This document shows positions 1 to 12,521 of a DNA stretch of 64,000 bases, one piece after another. Source of the stretch: Octopus sinensis (lineage: Eukaryota); NCBI RefSeq assembly GCF_006345805.1, contig NC_043021.1, forward strand, positions 26,598,001-26,662,000. Direction: 5' to 3'. A program made the translations under genes and the position numbers. A model generated the notes under the pieces. It ran no database searches. It had not been told where the DNA came from and saw only the letters and a list, made by a program, of their open reading frames with translations. Each line of letters starts with the position of its first letter. Position 1 is the first letter of the stretch.

Positions 1-1120
1 TGGATGGGATGATGGCTACCTCAGTTGGAGAGAGAGAGGGAGAGATAGGAGAGGGATAAAATGGTGAGGAGATGATGGAGTGTACACTCAGGTTACAGAT
101 ATGTATAGTGAATGGGACCAATATTTTCCCAAACCCTTTTGTCACCATATTTTTGTTGAAATACACTGTCTTTATTTCAAGTAATTTTTTAATTAATGAA
201 GAATTTAGTAAAATAACTTTGTCGTTATTAATCTGGTGTTTGGAACATAAATTAACAGGAAATTTTGGTGAAAGGTTTTAATTTAGATAATTTTTAATCC
301 TTTGGTGTTCAGATTACTCTGTTAAACGTAATACTTTTTCACTCAAATTGTTTTGAATTTATCATGCATTATCTTCGAGGTTTCAATGACATGATTGTTT
401 ATTTTTAGAATGTCATTGTAGGTTAGGTGTGAGAGGCTAGATATGGCCTGTTTGAATATAAAATGTGTAGAATATTTCGGCTGGTTATGGCTGGTTTAAA
501 CACTAAAGTGTTAAGACAGGAATTTTGTATGATAGGAGTCTCAGGCAGATTAGTACCAAAAGGATTAAATATTTTCCATTATTATTTCTCCATGTTCCTC
601 TTTTACTTCAATATTTCTTCTATTTTGGTGTTTTTGAAGATAGAAAAACTGGTTTTTTTTTTGTTTACACATAGCTATTTATATTATTTGATTTTTATTC
701 TTTATTAGATATTTTAGCAGGCCTACAGTATGTATAGACATAATAATCTTCTAATTACAGAATGGTTGTTCCTCTCAGTATTAGATGCCAATGTATTATT
801 CTAAATGGAATCCTGATGTTTCTTCTTTTCCTCTCTTTGTTTTGCTAATTCATTTGACTTCCATATAAGTTTAACTTATTACTTAACGAACTAAACCATT
901 GATATTATTACCTTATTGTTGACATTTAATTCGATTATAATTATCAATCTAATGCATCTATGATATTCCTCTATAAACTGTTCTTTCATTTGTGTGTGTG
1001 TCTTCCTGTGTCTAGTTCTAGAATTCCTAAGTATATCTACCTCTCATCTCATTCTCTCTGTTTCTTTATCTAACTCACATTTTGTTTTATTCATTTTCCT
1101 TTATGTTAACCTTTTTGTGT

Positions 1121-1367
1121 GGAGGCACATGGCTTAGTGGTTAGGGTATTTGGCATCATGATTGTAAGATTGTGGTTTCGATTCTTGGACTGGGCGACGC
1201 ATTGTGTTCTTGAGCAAAACACTTCATCTCACGTTGCTCCAGTCCACTCAGCTGTCAAAAATGAGTAACGCTGCAATGGACTGGCGTCCCGTCCAGCTGG
1301 GGAACACATATGCCATAGAAATCGGGAAACCGGGCCCATGAGCCTGGCTCGGCTTTAAAAGGGTGCA
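1121..1367 (+). mobile_element. tRNA-derived SINE family B (CORE-like plus gcgatggactggcgtcc segment)
   Basis: A box tggcttagtggttagg, B box ggtttcgattc, then tgtgttcttgagcaaaacactt and atggactggcgtcccgtccagctgggg. Confidence 0.85.
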
Positions 1368-3361
1368 TTTATCTATTATTTAACCTTTTCGTATTCAGAT
1401 TGCTTATTTGTCTTCATTGTTTTGAATCACTCATGCATTATTTTGTAGCTTTGAGATTTCAGTGATGCGTTTCTTTATTTCTAGAATGATATTGTAGGGT
1501 AGGTGTGAAAGGCTGGACCTGGTCAGTTTGAGCAGAATGAAACAGAATATTTTGGTTGGATATGGTCAGTTTAAATACAAAAGTGTTGAAGTTGCCTTGG
1601 TGCTTTTGCTGAACTAAATTCCATATTCATTCCTCTAGTTTCCTATTGTTTATCATTTGTAGTGTACAACTTAAGGTTATTCACTTATGAAACCTGGTCA
1701 ATTGTCCTTCTATAGCATTTGTACAGGGCTATAGGCTAAGTTTAGTTTTTTGGCTAAAACTGTTAATGTCAAGCAGAAAACATATAGAGAGAGGGAGTCT
1801 CTTAGAAATATTTGTATTCCAATAGAGATGGTATTTGGCAATTATAATTCCCACTTTCATTTGTATCTTCAGAATTGTTTGTCATTTATCCAGGAAGTAT
1901 TTTAATGGTCCTGCTTAATATTGCTGCTACCACACTTTAAGTAATGTTTCCACAATCCACAGACAGCGAACACAGTCAAAAGCATTCTACTAATCAATCC
2001 ATGCTGTTCTCAGACCTTTCTTTCACTTTCCACTGTTTTTTTCTTATTGCCTCATTGATCACTAATTGATCTTCACAACCATTTTCCCTTCTGGAAATCA
2101 ATTTTTTTCTTCCAATGCAACTAGTTATCCTGCAAGATGTTATTCCAGTTTCTGGTTTAGTAAACTGGTAGGTTTTGGTTGGTCATTTATATCTTCAGAT
2201 TTATCATCATCAACATCATCAGCATCGTTTAACATCCGCTTCCCATGCTAGCATGGGTTGGATGGTTTGATTGAGGACTGGCGAGCCAGAGGCTGCACCA
2301 GGCTCAATCTGATCTGGCAAAGTTTCTACAGCTCGATACCCTTCCTAATGCCAACCACTCTGAGAGTGTAGTGGGGACTTTTTACGTGATACCGACACAA
2401 GGGGGTTAAAATCTTTTTTCCCCTTGTCAGTGAGTCATTCAGCTGTTGTTTCTGGCTCTTTGAGTATCATCCATTAGATATTCTTACCAGAACTCTATGT
2501 ATATCAAATATTTCGACCAAAAATTTGGGAAAGTATCTCTTCCAAGTGATTTTTACTTGTTTATTTTATTTTATTATTGTATATTTTTTTAGTTTCTTTC
2601 ATCCCACCCATCCTAGACCCCTTATCATCCCTCATGAGTCTGCTTTGAACCATCACCCATTCTCTCTTGTGTTCACCTTCACTTTAGGGTCTTAGCACAT
2701 TTCAAGGTGATCCTCATTAATGCAGGTGTCATGAAAAAGCTAAAAACACCCAGTGAACCCTATAAAAATGACATCCAGCCACAGAGACCATGCGGAAGCA
2801 GACATTGGTAGATGATGCAATCTTTTAACTTGTCAGACCCTGTTGAACCATCCAACCATGCCAACATAGATGAAGTCAGACGTTAAATGTTGATGGTGTC
2901 TGGTTTTCATCTTCTACTCATCTGTCAATATGTCCCCATCACCACATTTGTTCACACACTACATTTGTTGTTTTAAATATTCTCAAACTGTGACAATTCC
3001 TTTATGGTTCTTCAGACTCTTTCCCACAAGTTCTTCTGCTTCTCTTGTTGTTACCAAATTCTTGATAAAAAAACCCTTTTAGAGTTCAACTGTTTGTTTT
3101 GTTCAAAGAATTATCCCTTCTCAAATAAGGTTTCTTTTTAGTCTTTGCTTTCAAGTACTTTAATATTTTTGTTACATAACTGTAGTATTTGTCTCTCTTT
3201 TTTGTTTCATTCATCTCTTTTATATTACCACTTAAGAGATTTTTTTTCCTGTAATTTTCTATATATTTTCTATTTGTTTCCCACAATGTTTGGGTTTTGA
3301 TATTCTAGTATAAATAGCTCTGAGGGAATATCTACTTTCATTTGTAATTACTATGACTGAC

Positions 3362-3399
<38 letters not shown>

Positions 3400-4642
3400 C
3401 AGTGATATTGTTGCTAGCTTCTATTATCATTGTTTCACAATGACAAAGTTTACAATTTTTATTGTTGTTTATTCCTAAGTTTTCTTTTAACCCCTTTGAT
3501 ACCAACCCAGCTGAAACCGGCTCTGGCTCTGTAGTACAAATAACTTGTTTTCAAAAGTTCTGAATTAAAATCTTCCACCAAACCTTAGTCACAATTTATG
3601 TTCCTAACACTAGCTGAATGATAACTAAGTTATTTTACTAAATTCTTTGTTATATTTAAAATTAATTGAAAGAAACAGAGCATCTCAACAGAAATACGGT
3701 AACGAATGGGTTAAAGGAATGTCTTTCTTTAGTTGATAGATGTTTTGATTTTAATTCTTTAATCCTTTTGCTACAATATTTCTTTTGAAAGATGCAACTT
3801 TTTCTTCATTAAACTTTGGCAGTAATGAAGAATTTCATGGAATAACTTTGTCATTATTAAGCTGTTGATTAGAACATAAATTAATGTTAAATTTTGATGG
3901 GAAGTTTTAAGTTTGATTACTTTAACACTTCATTATTTAAACTGGCCATGTCCAGCCCAAATATGCCACCTGTTTTACGATCTCGTCTGCCAGATTCAGC
4001 CTATCACACCTACCCTTCAATGCCATTATAAAATATACAATCACATCAACAAAATTTCTAGTGTTAACCATTTCCTCCTTTAGTTTATCATAGAAAGTTT
4101 TCATCCTCAGAATTTTCTATTCTGAAATCCTTCTCATATTCTTTTTTCTCTTTACATCTGTTTCTGTTGTCTTTGTTCAGCTTTTGTCGGTCAGTGTTGT
4201 TGTGCAAGTATGTTAAAGATTGATTTCATTTGCGGGGTTGTATTTATTTCAGTTGTTTTACATGTGTGAAGTGGTTTACACTTTCCGTCTCTTAAAACTT
4301 TGTTTATTGTCATTATCACACTTTTTCTTGTTTCTTTTATCATTATATATTCCTTCCTTTAAGTGTTCTGCATCTGTTTTTGATATCTTTTTCGTTTTGA
4401 TGTCATCGTCATCACCGTTGTCATCAGCATTGTCATCACCATTTTAACATCCACTTTTTCATGCTAGCATGGGTCAGATGGAATTCATCACAGCCAGATG
4501 CCTTTCCTCTCTCTAGCCCAAGCTTGTTTCCAAGCAAGGTAACATTTCCCCATGGCCGGACATGTTTTTCTGGAAGATTGGAAACAAATGACACCACTTG
4601 TTTGATAGTATCACTTACTTACAACCATCTCATGGTGTGAGA

Positions 4643-4935
4643 GAAGGCATGTGGCTTAGTGGTTAGGGTATTCGGCTCATGATCATAAGATTGGGAGTTC
4701 AATTTCTGGCAACACATCTTGTCCATGAGCAAGACACTTTATTTCACATTGCTGCAGTTCACTCAGCTGTATTTCAAAGGGCCAGCCTGGTCACACTCTG
4801 TGTCATGCTGAATCTCCCTGAGAACTACATTAAGGGTGCACATGTCTGTGGAGCATTCAGCCACTTGCACGTTAATTCCACAAACAGGCTGTTCTGCTGA
4901 TTGGATCAACTGGAATCCTCGTTGTTGCCTATGAA
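4643..4935 (+). mobile_element. tRNA-derived SINE family C
   Basis: tRNA-like head, CORE-like segment, then aagggccagcctggtcacactctgtgtcatgctgaatctccctgagaactac. A homologue lies at 49885-50210. Confidence 0.85.
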
Positions 4936-7579
4936 GATGAAAACAAGGAGGCAGAAACACACAAATAAGGTGTGGCTGTGTGATTATGAAGTTTGCTTCC
5001 CAACTAAATTGTTTAATGAATTTAATTCACTCCTGAAGACCGAGCATCACACAAAATGTTTGTAGACCGAAACTATTCTTCCCACCAGAAGACCTGGCAA
5101 ATTCAAAGCAGCAATGTGTAGCAAGTGGAAGCGAGGCAGCAGCTGCTCCTCTCCCTTCCATACTCTCAGCTCATCACCAAGCATTGTTGCCAGTTTGAGA
5201 GGTCATTAATCAAGACACTGTCACCTGAGATGTTTTAGGTTGGAAAAATTCTTCATGAACCAATTTGTTCACGATGCGAGGCATTTGTAAACTGAGGTTC
5301 CTCTGCACATGGTTCTGGGTTCAATTCCAATGCTTAGGCACTTTTGGCAAGTGTCATCTACTATAGTCCCAGACACCGTTCTTCTTAAGATAGTAAAGTG
5401 TTGTGGAAAGATATTTGTTTGGTACCACATCATCGTTCATAAACCCCTTGCCTTGCACTCTATCATAAACTGTATCCATATTGGATCACAGAGTTACCAT
5501 CAAACATCATCAATGTTGTTTTAATGTTTATTTTACTGTACTTGCATGGGTCAGACAGAATTGGTCGAGACGGATTTTCCATGGCCAGATGCTCTTCCTG
5601 TTGCTAACCCTCACCTAGTTCCAAGCAAAGTAATGTTTCCTCATGATCAGACATATTTTTCATGGAAGACTGGGAATAAGTGACATTGCTTGTATGATGG
5701 TGGCACTCATTTGGAGTCATCTTGCGATGTCAACACACACACGCACACACAATGATCTTCTTTTAGTTTCCATCAACAAAGTTCACTCACAAGGCTTTGG
5801 TCAGCCTAGGTCTATAGTTGAAGATACTTGTGCAAAGTGCTGTGCAGTGGGATTGAGCCTGAAACCCCATGGCTGGGAGTGAGGCTTCTTAACCACACAG
5901 CCATGCCTGTGCCCACAGCCACAACCTAAAATATGAGCACAGCTCAAAATGATCCAAAACAGATTGAAGTATAAAGCGTAAGGGACAATTTGGGCAGATG
6001 GGCATTTTGAAATTAGAGAAATTAAAAGAATTGTAAGCCGTAGATTTCACTTTGTCTCCATTATCAACACCTGATGACAGTTTAAAATCATCAGACATCA
6101 TCATCATCAGTTGTCATCGTCATCATTTACTGCCATTAGCTTCGTCATCATCGTTGTTCTTATTATCATCTTAGTCATCATCATTGTTTATATGGGTCAA
6201 ACCAACTTCCATCATTATCAGGAATATAGTCACAAATAACTGAGCTGTTAACAAAAAAAAAAAACCGATGCCTGCCGCAAGGAACAAAGCATACAAAGGG
6301 GTCAGGCTATTTAGGTCAGTCTGTGGCGCTTGTGTGGTATTTACTTTATTGACCCCCAGAAGGATGAAAGGCAGAGTTGACCTCAGCAACATTTGAACTT
6401 AGAATGTGTTAAAATGTAACTGGATGATAAATGACGAAAGCATAGGGAAATTGCTTAAGAAAAATTTTGCTTTTAAGAAAAAAAGGTCACAAAACGTTGA
6501 TTTCGCCAATTGATACAAATCTGTCTGAGACCGTCTCTGGTTGCATGATTCTAACTTCCTGTTTTAAAGGGAACCAAATGAAAACCTTCCATGAAAATTG
6601 CGTATTCATTTATTTTCCAAACACTTGCTTAAGAACAACAAAGTTATTTTACTAAATTCTTCATTATTTTTCATCTTAGTTGAAACAAAGGCAGTTTTAT
6701 TCCAAGGGAAATGTGGTAATAAAACAGTTAAAAATAACAAAGTTATCATCTAACCCATGCCAGCATGGAAAATGGACATTAAATGGTGATGATGATGATT
6801 ATTTTACTAAATTCATTATTGTCAAAATTAATTGGAACAAATGCAGTGTATTCATTAGAAATATGGTAACAAAGGGATTAATTATTAATTTTTAACACTT
6901 ACTTAATATGTAGTTTAGTTTATGGGAAAAACAGGAATTCGCCTGCCTCTTCTGCTTGGTTAAACAATGAAGCTGAATTGGAGTTAATTATTTAAAACCA
7001 TTAAAAGAAAAGAAGCAGCATAATAAATATATTGCCTCATTACACTTTGGCTTTATAGACCTGGAGCCTGTACCCCTCTACATCAAGAGGGTGGCTGGGA
7101 ATTTGATTCAAGATGATGATGAATATATAATATTATAAACACTGCTGATGTATAAATATTCTTTTCTATTCTTGGCACCAGGCCTGCAATTTTTGGGGAG
7201 GGGGCCAGTCTATTAGATCGACCCCAGTACACAACTGGTACTTAATTTATCGATCCTGAAAGGATGAAAGGCAAAGTTGACCTCGACGGAATTTGAACTC
7301 AGAACGTAAAGACAGACGAAATACTGCTAAGCATTTTACCTGGTGTGCTAACGTTTCTGCCCGCTCGCTGCCTTGCTGATATATAAATGTTATAAACACA
7401 CAAACTATGGATAAATGCTGGGGTGGCTGTGTGGTTGAGAACTTTGTTTCTAACCACATAGTTTCAGGTTCAGTCCCAGTGCATGTCACCCTGAGCAGAT
7501 GTCTTCTGTTATAAATTTGGGTTAATCAAAGGCTTGTGAGTAGATTTTGTGAATGGAAACTGAAAGAAGCCTTCTTAAT

Positions 7580-7617
<38 letters not shown>

Positions 7618-8483
7618 CTTTTCCATGCTTTCATGAGTCAGACTGAATTTGTTGAAGCAGATTCTCTGTGACTGGATGCCCTTCCTGTCACCAACCCTCA
7701 CCTGTTGCCAAGCAATGTAATTATTTCCCCTTGGCCTGACAGGTTTTCCATGGAAGACTGCTAATGAACCACACCGCTTGTATGATGGTGATGCTCGCTT
7801 ACAGTCTATCTCTCTCTCTCTCGCTCCCTCTCTCTCTCTCACAGATAGACAGAGTCAGCCTTAGCAGAATTTGAACTCAGAACATAAAAACAAATGAAAT
7901 GCTACCAAGCATTTTGTCTGCCTACCAACCCAAACTGCTGACGACTTGACAGTTGTCTATTTAATAATAGAAATGTCTCAGTCCACTGTTAGTCACATGG
8001 GGGTAGTCGGAATCCTTCCACAACACTTATTTTTAGAATGACATGATAGGGTAGGTGTCAAAGGCCAGATCTTGTCGGTTTGAATTTAAAACGGGTAGAA
8101 TATTTGGGCCAAGTATGACCTGTTCAAATGCCCAAGAACAATTTATTGGAAGCACTAATTATTAAATTCAGCAATTTAACCAGAAATATCTGTTATGATC
8201 CTGACTGAAAATAGGTTCCATTCTGGTCAGTTATTATTTTGTTCAACGTATCTCAAACTTTTTAAACGAACCCCCTCCCCACTTTTCTTCTATGAACACT
8301 ATTTCAACATTCTCTTGCTGTGATTCAAGCCACCTCTACATTTTAATGTACCTACACTTTGTATCAAACCAAGGTAATTTAGTTCTGGGTTCTTGGTTGG
8401 CTACTCACCCCAGAGCGCTCTGCTCTATGACGACACTATAAACATATTGTATGTATTTTCCATCTCGCAAAGCGACAGTGAGT

Positions 8484-8593
8484 GAACATGTCATGGGAAC
8501 ATGTCATGGGAACATGTCATGGGAACATGTCATGGGAACATGTCATGGGAACATGTCATGGGAACATGTCATGGGAACATGTCATGGGAACAT
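8484..8593. repeat. Perfect tandem repeat, 8 x 13 bp gaacatgtcatgg
   Basis: Eight identical units plus a 6-nt partial unit. Confidence 0.97.
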
Positions 8594-9769
8594 TCAAACA
8601 TCATCACTGCATTTCGTATAGAATTTTTGGCTCTTCCAAAGTCATTTTGGTGTATTGTATGAATCCACCATTTTTGGTTGGAAAAATGTGGTAGATGGTT
8701 TATATTCTATTTTGTTTATTTACAAAGTGGTTGAGTTCCTTTCAAGCGTCAGGCCTCACGGAAGCAATGACCGAGGCCTTTGGCATTATGTCATACTTGA
8801 GAAGAAGACCCATCAAGCTGAGCAAAATAGCAGTTGTGGCAGATACCAGTGCCACGCAAATTGGCACCTGTGCCAGTGACACGTAAATGCACCCCAAGTG
8901 TCACGCAAATAGCATCTATGCCGGTGGCACGTAAAAGCACTCATTACACTCTCAGAGTGGTTGGCATTAGGAAGGACATCCAGCCATAGAAAACCATGCC
9001 AAATCAGACTGGAGTCTGGTGCAGCCTTCCAGCGTGCCACCCTAGTCAAACCATCCAACCCATGCCAGCATGGACAACGGACGTCAAATGATGATGATGA
9101 TGATGATTTATTCACGTTTCGAAGTCCATTATTGTTGTTGTTGTGGTTGTGGCTAAGGAGCAGTTTATCCTAATATCACAATGAAAAATGTTTTTGTATG
9201 TTAAAATTTAAATGGGAGACAAAAACTTCAAAAACAAAAAACAAACTATACAGGTGTGTCTATCACCCCCACCCCACTAACCCATATAAATTTTTATACT
9301 CCCACCCCCCGCCCAGGGGTAAGCACTGCTGACATTGAGTAGCACTGATTTAATCCAAAGAAGCAGTGCAAAGCTGTTGAGGATTTGTTCTATTGTTTGT
9401 TAGACTGACATGAATGATGCGTATCTTGAAGCTTTGTAGACAAAATAACTGTGGGGAAAAGATGTGAGCAGGGGAGGGATTCCTCAAGAGTTTTGGGGAT
9501 AGGGGAAGCTTTACTGAATTGTTTTAGGTATAAAGTCTGTAGTGAAAGACACCCTGAGGATGGTGGTGGTGGCGGTGGGTTAGATAGAGATGTATGAAGG
9601 GAGTGAGGGGGGATAGTACATTGTTTATAAAACAGAAACTGTTTACAACAGCATCAGATGAGACAAGAATGGAACTCAGAATTTTGGTGGTCAAAGTAGA
9701 GAGCTGGGGAAAAGTGGGGCAGGGTTTACAAGTGAGTTGGAGAGCCTTTTGGGATGTGATCTAGAAAGT

Positions 9770-10106
9770 CGGGACCCCCTTCGGTCATGACACTGACCAT
9801 GGGATTGCACCTAGAAAGTTACCCTCCTAGTCACAAGTCTGGGCAAGGTTGTTTATGGAAGACCAGCAGTCGCCCATGCGTACCGGCCTCCCCTCTGCAT
9901 GCCACCAGTGTTATCCAAGGGAAAGGCAAAGGGGCCGATACAGCTTGGCACCTGTGACGTCGCAAATCATTTCTACAGCTGAATGAACTGGACGAACGTG
10001 AAATAAAGTGTCCTGCTCAAGAACACAACATGTAGCCCAGTCCGGGATTCAAGCTCACAACCTCACGATTGTAAGCTCGACGCTCTAACCACTGAGCCAT
10101 GTGCCT
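9770..10106 (-). mobile_element. Full-length tRNA/CORE SINE with a 10-bp target-site duplication
   Basis: Antisense head ctctaaccactgagccatgtgcc. The sequence tctagaaagt is duplicated at 9760-9769 and 10107-10116. Confidence 0.85.
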
Positions 10107-10199
10107 TCTAGAAAGTATGTGTGTAGTAATTGTTGTTCTATTCCAGACGTATGAAGCCGTAATCTAGGTCAATAACTGTTGATGTAGAACTTTTCTAAC

Positions 10200-10640
10200 A
10201 ACAATAGTTACTAAACCCTTTTGCTCCTTAAGGGACTTAGGCCATCAACAACTTTTCTCAATTCTGGGATGTCTTTTCTGCTTTTCCAGCTCTACTTCAG
10301 AATCTCACCTCCAGTTTATTTTTAAATTATTGTTTGGCCTTCAGATATTTTCCTGAAGGAAGGCCTTCCTCTCCCAGCTCTTCTTCTTCGTTTTGTATTG
10401 TCATTGATGCTTCTTCAACTTGGCTTTTGTCTCGGTATGAGTGTTGGCTCTGTGCCAACCCATTTTTACCTCAGGGAACAGGTGTCCCTATTAGCCTGGC
10501 CTCTAGTCTTTGACCTGTCCAGCATGCACCCCGTTGCCATAGGTTTAAGGCCATTGAGGTATACAAGTCCTCACACTGCACCACAACTGGACCTTGTGGT
10601 TTCTGTCTCCAGAAGGGTCATCTTTTAAAGGGTGTTGTTG
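10200..10640 (-). mobile_element. Decayed RTE-derived non-autonomous element (5' UTR-like plus 3' end-like)
   Basis: ctttgacctgtccagcatg resembles antisense RTE 5' UTRs. The minus-strand end gttgttgatggcctaagtcccttaaggagcaaaagggttta resembles RTE 3' termini. Recognised from memory. Confidence 0.4.
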
Positions 10641-12100
10641 ATTGGGAAGGCCATTTGAGACTATTTGCAGGGCTGTCTTAGTGGGGTTATCCTTTGGGCT
10701 ATCCAGTGCACGGGACCTTCTAATATTTATTTATTGAGGAGCAAGCCACAGCATTGATAAATTAAAATTGGCCCCCTAGACTTGTGAGGTCTCTGGGTAA
10801 CTGCTCGTTGTGTCTATGCTATAAGACAACCCTGATTAAGCGGTATGGCACTTCTGTAAAGATTTTTTTTTCAAGTGGGGTGGCTGGGTGGTTCTGGAGT
10901 GCTGTAATAACTATATTAATTTTGTTGAATCAATTAACTTCACAGTGAAGTAGCTGTAGTAGGTGGGGAGGGGGGGCATTCATCTCTAAAAACAATTACT
11001 TTAACAAAACAATAACCAACATTGCCTTCCGCCCCCCTCGCGACCAAACATTGAACAATGAACGTATTAAAACAAACAGAATTATTTTTCCAGACTTTCA
11101 TATGGAAATTACTATTTTAATAAGTTTCATTCATTCATTATCTTCTGTTCCAAGGATTGATGATGTATTTTTTTTTAAAGGGTGAATGAAGTATTATTTT
11201 TTTTGTTTGTCTTATTTTTCCTAAGTAGTTCTACTTGAATGTAGAATGATAGACTTGCCCCATACAAGTGACACAGCAACAGTCTGTCTGTTGTGTCGTG
11301 AGAGAGAGAGAGAGAGAGAGAGGTGTAAGGAGAGACAGGAAATAACGCTGAAAGAGAGAGAGGAGAGAGAGAGAGTGTGTGTGAGTGTATGAGAGAGAGA
11401 GAGAGAGTGTGTGAGTGTATGAGAGAGAGAGAGTGTGACAAAGAGAGAGATGGAAGAAAAGTGTAAGGAGAGGGGAGGGGGAATTTAAGGAGAGAAAGGA
11501 AACAGCACTGAGATAGAGAGAGTGAAAGAGAGTGTGTGTGAGAGAGAGAAAGAAAGAAAGAGAGTGTGTGTGTGTGTATGTGAAAGAGAGGGAGAGAGTG
11601 TGTGTTTGTGTGTGAGAGAGAGAGAGAGAGAGAGAAACTTTATTTATTTTAGTTGCTTTTGTTTTTCTGATATTTTTTTATCTTGTTCCAGTCACTGGAC
11701 TGTGGCCATGCTGGGGCACCGCCTCAAAGGGCTTTAGTCAAACAAATCAATGGTACTTAATCTATTGGTCTCATTTTGTGGAATTGCAAAGTTATGGGGA
11801 CATAAACAAACCAACACCAGTTGTTGTGTGTGTGGGAGGGACAAACACAACACACACCTCTCCGGCTTACCAGATCCAGTCAAACTGTCCGACCCATGCC
11901 AGCATGGAAAATGGATGTTAAATGGTGATGATGATGATTTGTGTGCAGGATGGAGGTGGGGAAGAAAATAGTGTTGGGGTAATGTTGTGACAGTTGCTTA
12001 GCAACCCTTCGACCACCTGTCTATTTTATTTTTAATTTTTAAAGAATTTTCTTTCTTTCTAATCACTTGCATTGATTTCTGTTGTTTTTCTCCATTTCAG

Positions 12101-12521
12101 AACAGCTTCTTGTATGCTTTTGGGAACAGTACCGAACCTGGAGCTCAGTTGATGTATACGAGTTCCAATCATGGACTGCCGGGGTCTGTTTGTACATCAG
12201 AGGCTGGATACATTGTATATACCACTGCAGCGCCAGGGATGGAGTCTGTCACAGACTCCTCTGGATTGCTGCCACAACCTCACTTGCAGGAAGTAAACAC
12301 AGAACACATTGACAATCACTTGGTACATCCAAGGACAACTTTAATAAATGGACGTATGGCTCAAAACGGATTTGATAATCCGATGGACTTATCAAATGGT
12401 AAAGTAGTTCAAGTTATTGACATGAAAAAAGAGGATTCTCGAACACAATACGAACACAATCAAGCAGCTACGAATTACCATCACAATGGTGTGACGGTTG
12501 GCATACCAGAATCTCAACATG
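12101..12521 (+). CDS. grh: Internal coding exon A (phase 0 to phase 1) of a transcription-factor-like gene, tentatively grainyhead-like, N-terminal region
   Basis: Acceptor gttgtttttctccatttcag at 12081-12100. Open frame NSFLYAFGNSTEPGAQLMY...NPMDLSNGKVVQVIDMKKE...PESQH in non-repetitive sequence. Donor CATG|gtaagg at 12522. Length 421 nt. The symbol is tentative and inferred only from the in-phase link to exon B. Confidence 0.75.

Noticed and set aside
2970-3350. Possible decayed R4/Dong N-terminal fragment on the minus strand (ORF 3086-3286)
   Set aside because: Only vague similarity (QNKQL...FYQEF...LWERV) with many stops; not supportable without an alignment.
5030-5300. Non-repetitive-looking segment starting ctgaagac (hammerhead or transposase candidate)
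   Set aside because: No stem II/GAAA geometry and no recognisable protein motif in any frame I read.
10430-10500. HDV-like ribozyme expected in an RTE 5' UTR-like remnant
   Set aside because: Too degenerate to draw the nested double pseudoknot by eye.
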